Position numbers and translations under genes: made by a program. Shown here piece by piece: positions 46,040 to 55,069 of a stretch of 64,000 nt of DNA (its first letter is position 1; each line of letters opens with the position of its first letter). The DNA is taken from the IMG/VR virus record IMGVR_UViG_3300023296_000874, positions 124,001 through 188,000 of that record; one strand, given 5' to 3'. A model generated the notes under the pieces. That model ran no database searches. It was not told where the DNA came from and worked only from the letters and a program-made list of their open reading frames with translations.

Positions 46040-46432
46040 TCAGTCCAATAGGTCCGCAAGCCACCCTTCCCGGTTGGCCTCGATGTCTTCCCTATTGGTC
46101 TCGGCCCGGCGTCGGATGCGCTCAAGTTCGTTGGTGGTCAACATCCAGATCTCGTTCAATCGTTCTTGAACGGCGACACCGAAATAGGAGATGTCAGAGC
46201 CGAAACGGCGCTGGCTGTTTTCCACTACTGATAGGACACCGCGACGTAGCGTCTGTGCAGTATCTTCGATGTTCGTAGAGGATCGGGTAGTGAACTTCAC
46301 CCGCTCGGTATCAGTCACCAACCAGTACTCCTCGAGACCGAAGTCCGACTGCACTTTGATGAACCAGTAATCGGTAGATGACCCGAAGCGTCGATCTATG
46401 TTCTGAACACGGCTGAGTTTGCCAAGTGACAT
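46040..46432 (-). CDS. Hypothetical protein with internal tandem duplication
   Basis: GGAGG before ATG 46432. Two copies of N..RRFGS...Y...VQ...E.W..T..E...R..TN.ED. Confidence 0.7.
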   Translation of the reverse strand: MSLGKLSRVQNIDRRFGSSTDYWFIKVQSDFGLEEYWLVTDTERVKFTTRSSTNIEDTAQTLRRGVLSVVENSQRRFGSDISYFGVAVQERLNEIWMLTTNELERIRRRAETNREDIEANREGWLADLLD

Positions 46433-46455
46433 CGCGTCCTCCATCAACCGCTTCA

Positions 46456-46470
46456 TACAAACGGAATATG
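46456..46470 (-). promoter_or_regulatory. Candidate late promoter motif, copy 5 (CATATTCCGTTTGTA)
   Basis: Consensus match at the very start of the minus-strand block. Confidence 0.7.
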
Positions 46471-46592
46471 AGTCCCACACTCACTCGCTGGGGCGGCGAC
46501 CTCGAAATAAGTGAGATACTCTCTAACTTCTAACCTCAGAGGGTCGTTAGAGGGACCTAAGCCCAACGATACCGGCCAAAGGAGCCCAGCGA

Positions 46593-47288
46593 ATGTTCAA
46601 ATCAATCCGTGACGCCCTCTTCGTTTCTGACGAAGGCGGGGCCGATACTCCCACGGCTGCTCCAACTTCGGACGTTGAAGCCCTTCTGGCGAACCTCCAC
46701 GGTTCGCCCGCTGCTGCCCCCAGCGGAACCATCACGCCTCCCACTCCCGCGCCGACCCCGGCTCCGGTTGCAGTGGTGGCGACTGGCGGGTGGGTAGAAG
46801 GACGTCCGTTCGAGGAGCTGTACGCTGAGGCCGGTGTGCCGGTTGGCAGCTACCCCGTGGAGCGCTTCCTTGCGGTTGCGGACGGGCTGAAGGCGATGGG
46901 ACCTCAGGTTGCCAAGCAGGCACTCGCCGCCATGGATGCGGGTGATGCCTCTTGGAGTGCCGCTGACGTACGCTCTGACCAGCAGGCCAAGCTCGGCGTG
47001 TTGGCGGGCATCGACGGACAGATGGACGCTCAGGTGACCTCTGCTACGGCGGCACGGGATGCTGCGGTGACTGCTGCGGATGAGACGGTGGCCGAGGCTA
47101 CCTCACTGCTCCGCGAGCAGATTGCAGAGCTCGAAGCCCAGATCACTTCCTTTGCGGAGGAGGCCGGAGCCGAGAAGGCCGGAGCCGAAGCCGCACTCGA
47201 AGCGACGACCGCATTGGCCGCTCGTGAGAAGGCTCGGGTGCTCAACGCAACCCTGCGCCTCACCGAAGCCTCGCAGTACCTCGACTGA
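46593..47288 (+). CDS. Ala-rich coiled-coil protein at head of ABC module
   Basis: 231 aa with AAGGAG RBS. Pro/Ala linker followed by a long coiled coil. Confidence 0.8.
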   Translation: MFKSIRDALFVSDEGGADTPTAAPTSDVEALLANLHGSPAAAPSGTITPPTPAPTPAPVAVVATGGWVEGRPFEELYAEAGVPVGSYPVERFLAVADGLKAMGPQVAKQALAAMDAGDASWSAADVRSDQQAKLGVLAGIDGQMDAQVTSATAARDAAVTAADETVAEATSLLREQIAELEAQITSFAEEAGAEKAGAEAALEATTALAAREKARVLNATLRLTEASQYLD

Positions 47289-47383
47289 ACACGAACCGCC
47301 TACACTTCGAACCTCAACACTTTGTTCATCTTGCTGCGACTCCCGTAGCATACCCGCCGAAAAGGCACCCTGGAGAATACGAC

Positions 47384-49066
47384 ATGGCCCTCACCCCACT
47401 CGCAAAGAACATCGTCAAGGGAGTTGGCGCGCTCGCCATCCTCGCCGTGACGTGCAGCGTTGGCTTCTACATCTACAGCAACTCCGGCGACGACCCGGCG
47501 ACCACGGTGGCCTCGGCTCCCGGTGAAGCGGCTCCCGCTCAGGCAGAGGATCGCGGCGTCTTCAGCGGCATCTTCGGGGGCGGTGGCAACAGCGGCCCGC
47601 TCGGCTCCGAGGGCAACCCCCTCACCGTGAGCATCGTGAGCTGGCACGGCTACGTTGGCGGGCTGACCGCGAACGGCGGCTTGACCACGCAGCCCGGCAG
47701 CATCAACGCCCGGAACGGCCTGTACGTGAAGTACATCCTCGACGACGGCATCCCGACGATGGCCGAGCGCTTCGAGCCGGGTGACGCGCAGTGCATGTGG
47801 CGCACCGTCGACTTCTGGGCTCAGGAGCAGCCTGCCCTCCGCAGCGTGGGGCTCGACGGCCGCATGGTGATGGTGGTGGACAACTCCCGAGGCGGTGATG
47901 CGATCATCGGACGCAAGGGCACCATCGAGAGTGTGGAAGACCTGGCCGGGAAGACGGTGGCGATCACCGAATTCACGCCCAGCCACATGCTCGGCCTCTA
48001 CGCGGTGGAGCAGAGCTCCCTCAGCGGACGCGCCAAGAGCAGCGTGAACTTCCGGGGCTTCCCCGACAACGCGACGGCACTCGCCGCCTTCCGCGCCGGA
48101 CAGGTTGACGCCCTCATCACCTGGGAGCCCGAGACCAGCATCGCCCTGACCACCGTGGACGGTGCGACCCCCGTGTTCACCACCGCCGAAGCCACCTCGC
48201 TGATCTACGACGGTATCGTGTGCAACACCCGCACCATCGAGACCCACCCCGACGTCATCCAGCGCTTCGTTGGCGGATGGATGGAGGGTGCCACGGCAGC
48301 CCGTGCGAACCCCGGTGCCGGTGCTGACGTGCTGACCGCCAACGAGCCGCTCTTCGCCGCCCTGGTTGCGGACAACGGACGCAACTTCCTGACCGACCGC
48401 GTGTTCGGCGGCATCGTGTGGAGCGACCTCGCGGACAACATCCGAGTGCTGGGCCTCGCCGGAAGCGGTGGCGACCAGATTGCCCGGATCTACAGCGAGA
48501 GCAACGACATCTGGCGGGCGAACACCAACCTGCTCGACGGCATGGCTCAGGTGAGCTCCGGTGACGCCTTCGACGACACCTTCATCCGCGCCCTGATGGA
48601 CACCGCACCCCAGGCTCGAACGGCTGCGGCAGCCCCCGAGTTCACCTTCACCTCCACCGAACGGGCGACCGTGGTGCAGACGGGTGGCTCGGCTCTGACC
48701 AAGCCCATCGCGATCAACTTCGCCACGGGACAGGCCACGCTGAACGCACGAGGCAAGGCGACCATCGAGGCTGAGCTCATCCCCCTGCTCGACGCTACGG
48801 CTGGAAGCTACGTGCGAGTGAGTGGCAACACGGACTCCACGGGTGGTGCGGCGCTCAACACCCGCCTCTCCGGACAGCGTGCCGGAGTGGTGAGCGAGTG
48901 GCTGCAGAGCGAGTGGGAGATTCCGGGTGACCGCCTCGAGGTGGTTGGCAACGGCGAGGACAACCCGATCTGTGACGAGAGCAACCCGACCGGCGACGGC
49001 TACGACGACCTCGAGACCTGCCGGGCGGCGAACCGCACGACCCGCTTCGAGATTCTCTCCCGCTGA
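47384..49066 (+). CDS. ABC substrate-binding protein (NMT1/SsuA/TauA-like) fused to C-terminal OmpA-like domain
   Basis: 560 aa. N-terminal TM anchor. PBP2-type DNSRGGDAII...DLAGKTVA...AFRAGQVDALITWEP. OmpA motifs INFATG, GNTDSTG...N.RLS.QRA and NRTT. Confidence 0.85.
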   Translation: MALTPLAKNIVKGVGALAILAVTCSVGFYIYSNSGDDPATTVASAPGEAAPAQAEDRGVFSGIFGGGGNSGPLGSEGNPLTVSIVSWHGYVGGLTANGGLTTQPGSINARNGLYVKYILDDGIPTMAERFEPGDAQCMWRTVDFWAQEQPALRSVGLDGRMVMVVDNSRGGDAIIGRKGTIESVEDLAGKTVAITEFTPSHMLGLYAVEQSSLSGRAKSSVNFRGFPDNATALAAFRAGQVDALITWEPETSIALTTVDGATPVFTTAEATSLIYDGIVCNTRTIETHPDVIQRFVGGWMEGATAARANPGAGADVLTANEPLFAALVADNGRNFLTDRVFGGIVWSDLADNIRVLGLAGSGGDQIARIYSESNDIWRANTNLLDGMAQVSSGDAFDDTFIRALMDTAPQARTAAAAPEFTFTSTERATVVQTGGSALTKPIAINFATGQATLNARGKATIEAELIPLLDATAGSYVRVSGNTDSTGGAALNTRLSGQRAGVVSEWLQSEWEIPGDRLEVVGNGEDNPICDESNPTGDGYDDLETCRAANRTTRFEILSR

Positions 49067-49099
49067 ACCCTTGCCGGGCGACCGGTACTTGAACCCAAG

Positions 49100-49135
49100 G
49101 CAGGGCCGAGGTGGCATACACCACCTCGGCCCTGC
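49100..49135 (+). promoter_or_regulatory. Perfect 15-bp intercistronic hairpin after the SBP gene
   Basis: gcagggccgaggtgg-cataca-ccacctcggccctgc, with no U-tract. Confidence 0.65.
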
Positions 49136-49150
49136 GCATAGGAGCCTGAG

Positions 49151-49933
49151 ATGAACCCGAACAAGAACATCACCCGCACCATGGGATACGCCCTCGGTGC
49201 CACCAGCATCCTGATGGTGCTGACCCTCTGGAGCGCGCTTGCGGGCTTCGACATGGTGAGCCCCGCCAAGCTCCCCGCACCCTGGAACGTAGCCTCTGCA
49301 TGGTGGGCACTCGCCTTCACCAAGGGACAGCTCGGGGGAGCGATCTTCGCCTCCGTAAGCCGCATCGGCATCGCAGCAGTGCTCATGATCCTCGTTGGCT
49401 TCCCCATGGGCATCCTGATGGGCTCAAGCAAGGCTGTGAATGCCTTCTTCAGCCCGCTCGTTGACCCCTTCCGCTCCGCGCCCATCGTGGCCGTGATCCC
49501 CATCCTCGTGATGTGGTTTGGCATCGGAGAGACGATGAAGGTGGTGTTCTTGTGGCTCGGTGCTGTGGTGTACCTTGTGCCTATGGTGCGAGATGCCATC
49601 CAGGCGGTTGACTCCCGGTGGTTCAAGGCAGCAAAGGACCGGGGCGCATCCGACACCGAAGCGTTGGTGTACGCCGTGCTGCCTATGGCGAAGCCGCGCA
49701 TCGCTGACGCACTCATCACCAGCATCAGCGTGATGTGGACCTACATCACGGTTGCGGAGCTCGTGAACGCTGACAGCGGCATCGGGAAGCTCATCGAGAC
49801 CTACCGAAAGGTGAGCCAGATGGACAGCGTCTTCGCAGGCATCCTGACCATCATGGTGCTGGCTCTGATCTCCTACACGGCGATGGTTGCCTTGCGGAAC
49901 AAGCTCTACCCGGACTACAAGTACGAAGCCTAA
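49151..49933 (+). CDS. ABC transporter permease (NitT/TauT type)
   Basis: 260 aa with about 6 TM segments, RSAPIVAVIPILVMWFGIGE, an EAA-like FKAAKDRGAS, and AELVNADSGIG. Confidence 0.9.
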   Translation: MNPNKNITRTMGYALGATSILMVLTLWSALAGFDMVSPAKLPAPWNVASAWWALAFTKGQLGGAIFASVSRIGIAAVLMILVGFPMGILMGSSKAVNAFFSPLVDPFRSAPIVAVIPILVMWFGIGETMKVVFLWLGAVVYLVPMVRDAIQAVDSRWFKAAKDRGASDTEALVYAVLPMAKPRIADALITSISVMWTYITVAELVNADSGIGKLIETYRKVSQMDSVFAGILTIMVLALISYTAMVALRNKLYPDYKYEA

Positions 49934-49973
49934 GTTCGATACTCTCTGACTTTCAACGGCTTCCACTCGTTAC

Positions 49974-50795
49974 ATGAGAACAGAGCCCAACCACGGGACA
50001 GGTGACATGATTCTGACACTCAACGACATTGTGCAGGAGTACCCCGACCCCTTGAACAAGGGTGCCGTGGTGAGGATTGCTGACGGCGTATGCCTCGAGT
50101 ACCCGGAGCCCAGCATCAACTTCATCATGGGACCCTCCGGCTGTGGCAAGACCACCCTGCTGAGGCTCATGGGAGGCGTGCGACCCTCCAACGTGGTGAC
50201 TCCTACCTCCGGTACGGTGACCATCGACGACAAGCCGTGCATCGGAATGCATCCTGACAGCGTGACCGTCTTCCAGCAGCTCGCCAACTACCCCTTCCTC
50301 ACCGTGGAGGAGAACATCCGCTTCGCCTTCAAGACCGGGGAGTGGGCCGCGCGGGTTGACGCCAAGGAGCAGGACGAGCGAGTGGAGTGGATCCTCGAAG
50401 CAGTGGGCCTCGCCGACCGGAGGGCCAACTACCCTTCGCAGTGCTCGGGTGGGCAGAACCAGCGGATTGCACTCGCCTCGGCGTTGGTGCTCAAGCCACG
50501 CATCCTCCTCATGGACGAGCCCTTCCGTGGCCTCGACCCCAACACCCTGCGCGAAGTGCAGGAACTGCTGGTGCGTATCTGGACCGAGATCCAGTGCCTG
50601 GTGGTGTTTGTTGGACATGACGTTGAAGAGGCGCTCCTGATTGCGGACCGTGTGACAGTGCTGACAACCAAGCCTGCCACCGTCGCTAAGGAGTTCCACA
50701 TCGCAACTCCACGCTCCATGCGGAGCGAGGACTGGCTGGAAACCACGCCGACGCGTGCAACCGAACGTGAGATTCTGCGCTTGATGCGCGGCTGA
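49974..50795 (+). CDS. ABC transporter ATP-binding protein (NitT/TauT type)
   Basis: Walker A GPSGCGKTT, Q-loop VFQQ, signature CSGGQ, Walker B LLMDEP, H-loop GHD. Confidence 0.92.
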   Translation: MRTEPNHGTGDMILTLNDIVQEYPDPLNKGAVVRIADGVCLEYPEPSINFIMGPSGCGKTTLLRLMGGVRPSNVVTPTSGTVTIDDKPCIGMHPDSVTVFQQLANYPFLTVEENIRFAFKTGEWAARVDAKEQDERVEWILEAVGLADRRANYPSQCSGGQNQRIALASALVLKPRILLMDEPFRGLDPNTLREVQELLVRIWTEIQCLVVFVGHDVEEALLIADRVTVLTTKPATVAKEFHIATPRSMRSEDWLETTPTRATEREILRLMRG

Positions 50796-50843
50796 TTTAG
50801 AGAGGGCTTCGATGACTACTATCCCCACAAGAGAGGGAACACG

Positions 50844-51752
50844 ATGAGCCGCTACGACCCCAAAGATGGCGACGTCTCCTACCTGCTTGAGATGCTCGCG
50901 CATCCCGCCAACATCGTCACCGCGAGTGTGGCGGGTTTGGCAGGAGCAGCTTTGCTCGTGACTGCCGGACCACTCGCTGCGGCGCTCCCCTTTGTCGCCC
51001 TTGTTGGTGGGGAGGGCATTGCAGCCCTCTTCGTGCCCAGCAGCGTGGTGTTCAAGGAGTTCGTGAACCGTGGCAAGCGGAGCGACGCTCGGGACAAGGA
51101 GCGCGAGCGTTTGCTCGAAGAGCTCAACAGCCGAGTGCAGGTGTACCGCCACCCTACCGATGAGTGGGGACAGCGACGCGAGGACCGCCGCCCAAGCTCA
51201 GGGCACCTCGACCGGTACAACCGGATTCGGGAGCGCGTGGAGCGCTTCTACGAGCTCAGTGCTGAGGGAGGATCCGCCCTCACCTACACGGATGCGGAGC
51301 GGCTTGACGACCTCAGCGTCGACTTCCTGCGACTGTGGCTCGTGACCTACACGCTTCACGAGCGTGGACAGAGCATCGACGTGGGCGACCTCACGAAGCG
51401 GGTGCGAAGCCTGAACGAGCAGATCAAGGACGCCAATGTGCTGGAGCAGCGCAAGCTCGCCTCGGCCCGAGATGGACTCCAGAAGGTGCTCGACCGGCGC
51501 TCAAGCTTCTCCTCTCAGCGGGACTCTGCCGAGGCCCGGATGCTGACCATGGCGGACGGCATCGAAGAGATGTACTCCCGCACGTTGGCGAGCCCCGGTG
51601 AAGCCAGCAGCTTCCTCGACGACCAGCTCGGACGGCTGGAAGTGGAGGAACGCCTCGGCGCAGAGTTGGACATCGAGCTCGCGGAGATGGGCCTCGGCAA
51701 GACGCTCCACCGCGACCCCCGGATGGATCTGCTCATGGACGGCAACTCGTGA
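50844..51752 (+). CDS. Two-TM membrane protein with long helical/coiled-coil tail (XpaC-like architecture)
   Basis: 302 aa. TM hairpin at residues ~20-65, then coiled coil. Ends in RMDLLMDGNS. Confidence 0.65.
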   Translation: MSRYDPKDGDVSYLLEMLAHPANIVTASVAGLAGAALLVTAGPLAAALPFVALVGGEGIAALFVPSSVVFKEFVNRGKRSDARDKERERLLEELNSRVQVYRHPTDEWGQRREDRRPSSGHLDRYNRIRERVERFYELSAEGGSALTYTDAERLDDLSVDFLRLWLVTYTLHERGQSIDVGDLTKRVRSLNEQIKDANVLEQRKLASARDGLQKVLDRRSSFSSQRDSAEARMLTMADGIEEMYSRTLASPGEASSFLDDQLGRLEVEERLGAELDIELAEMGLGKTLHRDPRMDLLMDGNS

Positions 51753-51910
51753 GCGGTTTCGAACTGTGCATCGTGGCCGGAATAGTGTGGTACGGAGCTG
51801 TAGCCGCACACGGCCTCCGCGTGTACCGCATTGCTCGGGAGGACGGCCGCTCCTACTCTTTCACATGGAACGTCCTCACCGGACCTTCCGTCATCTACCA
51901 GGATTGAACC

Positions 51911-52807
51911 ATGCCCCAGATCACCGTTGACGACCTCCAGACCCGATACGACTTCCCCTCCTGCGACGGGCGCGTCAAGGACACCATCGAAGCGGCTATG
52001 GACGCCGGACCTGCAAGCTTCCTGCGCTTCCTCTATCGGTACGCGGAGTGGAATGGCTTCTTCGGCTCCGGCGTTGCGACGTTGGCGGGCAAGGTGGGGC
52101 GCTCCCGTGGGCTCTTCATGGACCCCGAGGAGACGATCACTCCGCTCGCTGACCGTGGTGTGCTCGTTGCCGCCTACGTGTTCAACGCGGCACGGGACGA
52201 GTTCGACGACAGCGGCACCGAGGCCCTCGACACTCACCGCTGCCTCGCACAGGCCATGCTCAAGGGCTCCGTTGAGTACCTGACGCCAGGTTCCTTCGTG
52301 ACCCGCGCTGAGGATGGCACGGCGGTTCAGGCTCCCTTCGGCTGGGCCGACGGTGAGTTGGACGAGCTGCTCGACATCCCGATCTGGCTGCAGGGCCTCT
52401 GCGATCAGGTGGCTGTGGGGTACGGGAACGGCTCGCCGGACGACCGACCCAGCATCTTCCGCGCCATGGGCTACCACATGGGCTCTGAGGTGCTCGCCGC
52501 CAAGGAGTTCACGCAGATCGACATGAGCTTCCGCGCCCGGATGATGGACATGGTGGAGTACCTCGAGCGCAACGAGGTGACCTTCAACAGCCAGAGCTAC
52601 CAGTGCTACTACTGGATCCGCATTCACAGTGACCTCGGTGGCGCTGTTGAGAGCGCTCACTTCGAGGATGCGCTCCGCGCCATCCGCTACGCCCTCGGCT
52701 TCGTGCCGGAGGAGGACCGGGACGCCCTGCGGTACCAGGCTCTGCTGGGATTTGACGACTTCGCCGCCGACCATGCGGGCTTCTTCCGCATGGTGAACAC
52801 AGCCTGA
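51911..52807 (+). CDS. Heme-oxygenase-like diiron oxidase (HDO/CADD-like) superfamily protein
   Basis: 298 aa, helical. Ligand-like motifs RDEF...DTH, GSEVLA and WIRIH...VESAH. Confidence 0.6.
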   Translation: MPQITVDDLQTRYDFPSCDGRVKDTIEAAMDAGPASFLRFLYRYAEWNGFFGSGVATLAGKVGRSRGLFMDPEETITPLADRGVLVAAYVFNAARDEFDDSGTEALDTHRCLAQAMLKGSVEYLTPGSFVTRAEDGTAVQAPFGWADGELDELLDIPIWLQGLCDQVAVGYGNGSPDDRPSIFRAMGYHMGSEVLAAKEFTQIDMSFRARMMDMVEYLERNEVTFNSQSYQCYYWIRIHSDLGGAVESAHFEDALRAIRYALGFVPEEDRDALRYQALLGFDDFAADHAGFFRMVNTA

Positions 52808-52816
52808 GAGGACCCC

Positions 52817-53266
52817 ATGATCATCAAGCCTGATATCTGCGAGCTCCTGCCCATCGGCTTCCGGCTGAGGTTGCAAGGTGGCGAGACCAAGCCTCAGCGA
52901 GACCAAGCCCTCAAGGCGGGTCTCGCGCACGCCAGGGGGCAGGGAGAGTTTCCGCTCGACCTGACCACGACGGCGATGGTTTGGTACAAGAAGGACCAGC
53001 ACAACGCGCGCTCGTGCAAGTACATCCTGCTTGCCCACCAGGGCGGCGTGAAGTGGGTGATGACCATCGCCCATGTGCATCAGCGCAAGACCGGAGTGAT
53101 TGGTGCGGAGCTACGCGCCTTCCACCCCCAGGAAGTACCCTGCCGACGGAAGCAGATCCCCTCCAGTGCCGTCCCCGTGGATGTGATGGATGCCGTGGGC
53201 CTGATCTTCAACATCATCAAGCCGACCGCAGCAGAAGCGCGGATGGACATCCTCTTCGACGATTAG
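52817..53266 (+). CDS. Hypothetical protein ending RMDILFDD
   Basis: 149 aa with GAGG RBS. Confidence 0.75.
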   Translation: MIIKPDICELLPIGFRLRLQGGETKPQRDQALKAGLAHARGQGEFPLDLTTTAMVWYKKDQHNARSCKYILLAHQGGVKWVMTIAHVHQRKTGVIGAELRAFHPQEVPCRRKQIPSSAVPVDVMDAVGLIFNIIKPTAAEARMDILFDD

Positions 53267-53274
53267 GAAGTGAC

Positions 53275-53550
53275 ATGGACATCCTCGTAGTGACCCTGAC
53301 CGAAGCCGGACACGAGGTCTTCAGTGCAAGCCCCGGCGAGCAGTTCTTGGCGGTGGGCTGGAACGGCACCACCTTCGAGAGTCTGCTGGACATCAAGACT
53401 CACAAGCTCCGTGCGGGCACCGTGGGAGCAGCTCGCGTCAATGTGGTGGGAAGGCTGGTTGAGATCCCTGCCACTCGGGAAGAAGTAGGACTGCCTCCAC
53501 TCCCTGAGCCCAAGCTGAAGGGTCGGATGGGTATCCTGTTCGACGATTAG
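53275..53550 (+). CDS. Hypothetical protein ending RMGILFDD
   Basis: 91 aa from ATG 53275 (AGGA RBS). Confidence 0.7.
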   Translation: MDILVVTLTEAGHEVFSASPGEQFLAVGWNGTTFESLLDIKTHKLRAGTVGAARVNVVGRLVEIPATREEVGLPPLPEPKLKGRMGILFDD

Positions 53551-53601
53551 CCTCTGAGTTCTGAGTGCCTCACCTCGTTATCCCTATGTAACGGAGGCAC
53601 C

Positions 53602-53958
53602 ATGAAGCTCGCAGAACTCAAAGCCGCAGCCCACGCACTGACCAATGTGGAAGCACACCTCGGAAGAGGCTGGGACTACATCGGTAGTGCCGGTGGATCT
53701 GAGTACACCTTCGGACTCGACCTTGAGGCCGACGGTGGAGAGTTCCCTGAGGCTCCCGGTGGCAAGTTTGAGCTCGTGCGTGCCAACGGCATCGTGAGTG
53801 CTTGGACCATCCGTTGGTACGCGGAAGGCGAGCACCTGTACACCGAATACGAGGGACGTGGCGACTCCCCCACCAAAGCCTACTACAGCCTCCTCTACAC
53901 CTTCGAAGACTCCGACAGCGCAGAGCTCAACGCATGGGCCGCTGCGGCTGACGAGTAG
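53602..53958 (+). CDS. Hypothetical protein
   Basis: 118 aa with GGAGG RBS. Confidence 0.75.
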   Translation: MKLAELKAAAHALTNVEAHLGRGWDYIGSAGGSEYTFGLDLEADGGEFPEAPGGKFELVRANGIVSAWTIRWYAEGEHLYTEYEGRGDSPTKAYYSLLYTFEDSDSAELNAWAAAADE

Positions 53959-53981
53959 ACCATCCACCAGTAGGAAAGGGA

Positions 53982-54500
53982 ATGCCCTCAGACGACAAGT
54001 GTACCAAACAGAACCACAACCTCTCCCTCTCTATGGAAGGGCTCCTGATGATGGCTCGAATGCTCCGCGCACTCGGGTTCACCGGGAAGGAATGGAGAGC
54101 CTCCAACGTCAGCCTGGACCGTGCCTTCTCAACTGAGAAGTTGAGCCGATCATGCAACGCGAAAGCGCTCGAACATGACAAGGAAGGACGGTACCCACGT
54201 CCCGTGACGCTCGACCTACGTGTTCTCTACCAAGAGAGCCGCAAGGAAGCCTCTGAAGGCATCACGGTCTCCTGGTTTTTCTCCTGCACAGTGTGGGGTC
54301 AGGATCTTTCGGGCGGTGCCCGTCTACCCAAGGTGGTAGTTCCTCTCGACGCTGATGTTGCCACGGCTGACATGATCATCCTGAAGGGCGCGCAAGCTGC
54401 CTACGCTGATCTCCTCGGAGCGATCCAGAAGAAGACAGCCAAGATGCTGAGTGACGCTGGAGGTGAGCTCTCCTACGAAGCCTCCCCTGAAGTTGAGTAG
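53982..54500 (+). CDS. Hypothetical protein
   Basis: 172 aa; the start may be at a downstream ATG. Confidence 0.65.
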   Translation: MPSDDKCTKQNHNLSLSMEGLLMMARMLRALGFTGKEWRASNVSLDRAFSTEKLSRSCNAKALEHDKEGRYPRPVTLDLRVLYQESRKEASEGITVSWFFSCTVWGQDLSGGARLPKVVVPLDADVATADMIILKGAQAAYADLLGAIQKKTAKMLSDAGGELSYEASPEVE

Positions 54501-55069
54501 CGGGCGTAGGGGCTGAAGGATCATCTGCTGAAGCGGCTGCTGTATAAGCATTTGCTGTAGCACTGGTACCGTTGGTACTGGCATAGGTATTCGGATCAAG
54601 GGCTGTCGGAGGTATAGTTTTAGACCCAGGGAGCTTCACTGTATTGACTCTGTATCTGAGTCTCTCTATTGAGTAGAGAGTAGATAGAGAGTCAGTCATG
54701 CTACTTCTGGATGGCAGACACCGGAGCTTCGTTGAGCACGCTTCGGTGTGGAACATCTGCCCTCCCTGATGGAGTTCACCTTTCCGCCATGAGCGGAGTT
54801 GGACAATTCTTTTAGGCTCGCGGAACCCATAGACGAGACCTCTGCTTCCACAGCAGATAAAGACATCACGCTTCGATTTACTCAGGCGTTGGGGCGTTTG
54901 ATTATGCTCGATCAAATGCGACAGGCTTCCTGCTCGTAGGTGGTGCTTCGATGAAGTAGTACACGCGGATTATCGGCGGATAGCGAATTCATTCTATAGT
55001 TCTTTCCCTGGAGGCTTGACTCCTCATGGCAGTTGCGTCCTACAAGCATCCACTTGAACAGGATGAAGC

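Noticed and set aside
1-46432. Interpretation as a bacterial extracellular contractile injection system or T6SS
   Set aside because: Neck/head-completion genes, a terminase-like fragment, dense small ORFs, a dedicated promoter motif and phage-type auxiliary genes fit a jumbo phage better. No TssJLM or Afp15-like ATPase was seen.
52981-53274. N-terminal extension of the 53550-ending ORF given in the track
   Set aside because: It overlaps 52817-53266. An RBS-supported ATG at 53275 is more plausible.
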